From contig JAKAJC010000003.1 in assembly GCA_021814005.1 (NCBI GenBank), forward strand, positions 15,934-79,933: a DNA stretch of 64,000 nucleotides, read 5' to 3'. Shown piece after piece: positions 62,912 to 64,000 of this stretch. Made by a program: the position numbers and the translations under genes. The first letter of the stretch is position 1. Each line of letters starts with the position of its first letter. Under the pieces are notes generated by a model. It saw only the letters and a list, made by a program, of their open reading frames with translations, had not been told where the DNA came from and did not search any database. Source of the DNA: Candidatus Micrarchaeota archaeon. Its GTDB lineage: Archaea > Micrarchaeota > Micrarchaeia > Anstonellales > Anstonellaceae.

Positions 62912-64000
62912 ATGGCCAAGAAAAACAAAAAGCGCCGCCTGCCGAAATTGCCGGCCGACCGCAAGATTCAGGTGCTGCTCAACGGACGCCTTGTCGGCAC
63001 TGTTGACAACGCCGAGGAATTTGTAAACAAGCTGCGCGCAGACCGCCGCGCGGGCCTTCTGCCCGTCGGCCTCAACTTTTTCCACAACCGCCGCGCCAAG
63101 GACGTTCTCATCAACTGCGACTCGGGCCGCGCAAGACGCCCCTACGTAATTGTCGAGGGCGGCAAGAGCAAGCTCACCCCCGCGCTTATTGACCAGCTCA
63201 AGAACGGCCAGATGAGTTGGGGCAAGCTCGTCTCCATCGGCGTTATCGAATACATGGATGCCGAGGAAGAGGAGGCCTCGCTCATTGCGCTCAAAGAGGA
63301 CGACCTCACCCCGCAGCACACTCATTTGGAAATCGACCCTGTCACCATCTTCGGTGTCACCGTGTCGGTTTTGCCCTACCCCGAATACAATTCATCGCCC
63401 CGTATCACCATGGCCTGCGCCATGGCCAAGCAGTCTCTGGGCACATACACCACCAACTTCAACATGCGCAACGATTCGCGCGCGCACGTGATGTTCTACC
63501 CCCAGCAGCCGCTGATGCAGACAAGGCCTTACAAAGTGCTCAAATTCGCCGAGCACGCGGCCGGCCAGAACTTCGTCGTTGCAATCACATCGATGATGGG
63601 CTACAACGCGTCCGACGCTCTTGTCATGAGCCGCTCTGCGGTTGACCGCGGATTGGGCCGCTCAATTTTCTACAAAACACATGAGACAGAGGAGCGCAGA
63701 TACCCCGGCGGCCAGCGCGACAAATTCGAAATTCCTGCAGTCACCACACAGGGTTACCGCGAAGAGAAGGCCTACCGCCACCTCGGCGAGGACGGCATTG
63801 CATTCCCCGAGGCTCAGGTCGGCCCCAAAGACGTTCTTGTTGGTAAAACTTCACCCCCCCGTTTCCTTGAGGAAATCTCGGTCTTCGGCATGGTGGAGGA
63901 AAAGAAGCGCGAGAACTCGCTCTCTGTAAAGGGAGGCGAGGAGGGCACAGTGGATTCAGTGCTCGTAACTGATTCTCTTGCCGGACACCGCATGGTGAAA
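62912..64000 (+). CDS. rpoB1: DNA-directed RNA polymerase subunit B' (Rpo2 C-terminal portion), 3'-truncated by the window end.
   Basis: Open frame from ATG 62912 to the window end. PYPEYNSSPRITMACAMAKQSLGTYTTNF, ITSMMGYNASDALVMSRSAVDRGLGRSIFYKT are Rpo2 C-terminal blocks. Confidence 0.85.
   Translation, partial: MAKKNKKRRLPKLPADRKIQVLLNGRLVGTVDNAEEFVNKLRADRRAGLLPVGLNFFHNRRAKDVLINCDSGRARRPYVIVEGGKSKLTPALIDQLKNGQMSWGKLVSIGVIEYMDAEEEEASLIALKEDDLTPQHTHLEIDPVTIFGVTVSVLPYPEYNSSPRITMACAMAKQSLGTYTTNFNMRNDSRAHVMFYPQQPLMQTRPYKVLKFAEHAAGQNFVVAITSMMGYNASDALVMSRSAVDRGLGRSIFYKTHETEERRYPGGQRDKFEIPAVTTQGYREEKAYRHLGEDGIAFPEAQVGPKDVLVGKTSPPRFLEEISVFGMVEEKKRENSLSVKGGEEGTVDSVLVTDSLAGHRMVK

Noticed and set aside
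1-64000. CRISPR arrays, IS elements, integrases, rRNA genes
   Set aside because: No regularly spaced 25-40-bp repeats, no transposase/integrase-like ORFs and no rRNA-like conserved stretches were seen. The only repeats are short promoter-proximal direct repeats.

Overview
GC-rich (about 60%) archaeal chromosomal segment with AT-rich intergenic spacers and oligo-T terminators. It is clearly archaeal: RNA polymerase rpoH, split rpoB''/rpoB', rpoL, aEF-2, Csl4, PCNA, LonB, CDC48, Bud32, archaeal-type riboflavin synthase, and intron-containing tRNA. The window is mostly housekeeping: TrpRS, HisRS, thioredoxin, ScpA/ScpB, EndoQ-like nuclease, class II HMG-CoA reductase, Trm1, AroA-like, TIM, SOD, AlaX, signal peptidase, r-protein L41e. 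It also holds a riboflavin operon (ribD-ribA-x-ribH-ribC ... ribB) and a cell-surface glycan / N-glycosylation gene cluster (phosphohexomutase, sugar-1-P nucleotidyltransferase, AglH-like GlcNAc-1-P transferase, large polytopic membrane protein). The most unusual content is (i) a tandem array of four paralogous, doubly anchored (lipobox N-terminus plus C-terminal TM/basic tail) surface proteins with a conserved C-terminal motif resembling an archaeosortase-type sorting signal (5.8-11.6 kb); (ii) a tRNA-Ser(intron)/tRNA-Thr-flanked islet of unknown genes (39.1-43.1 kb); (iii) several fusion or low-complexity-tailed proteins: a KaiC-like ATPase with a roughly 220-aa Pro/Ser-rich tail, a 2-hydroxyacid dehydrogenase with a histone-H1-like KAP tail, and a nucleotidyltransferase-YjjX fusion; and (iv) short direct-repeat and palindromic candidate operator sites in several promoters. 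Many long antisense ORFs in the track are artifacts of GC-rich codon usage. Every functional call is from reading the translated sequence by eye; no database search was run.
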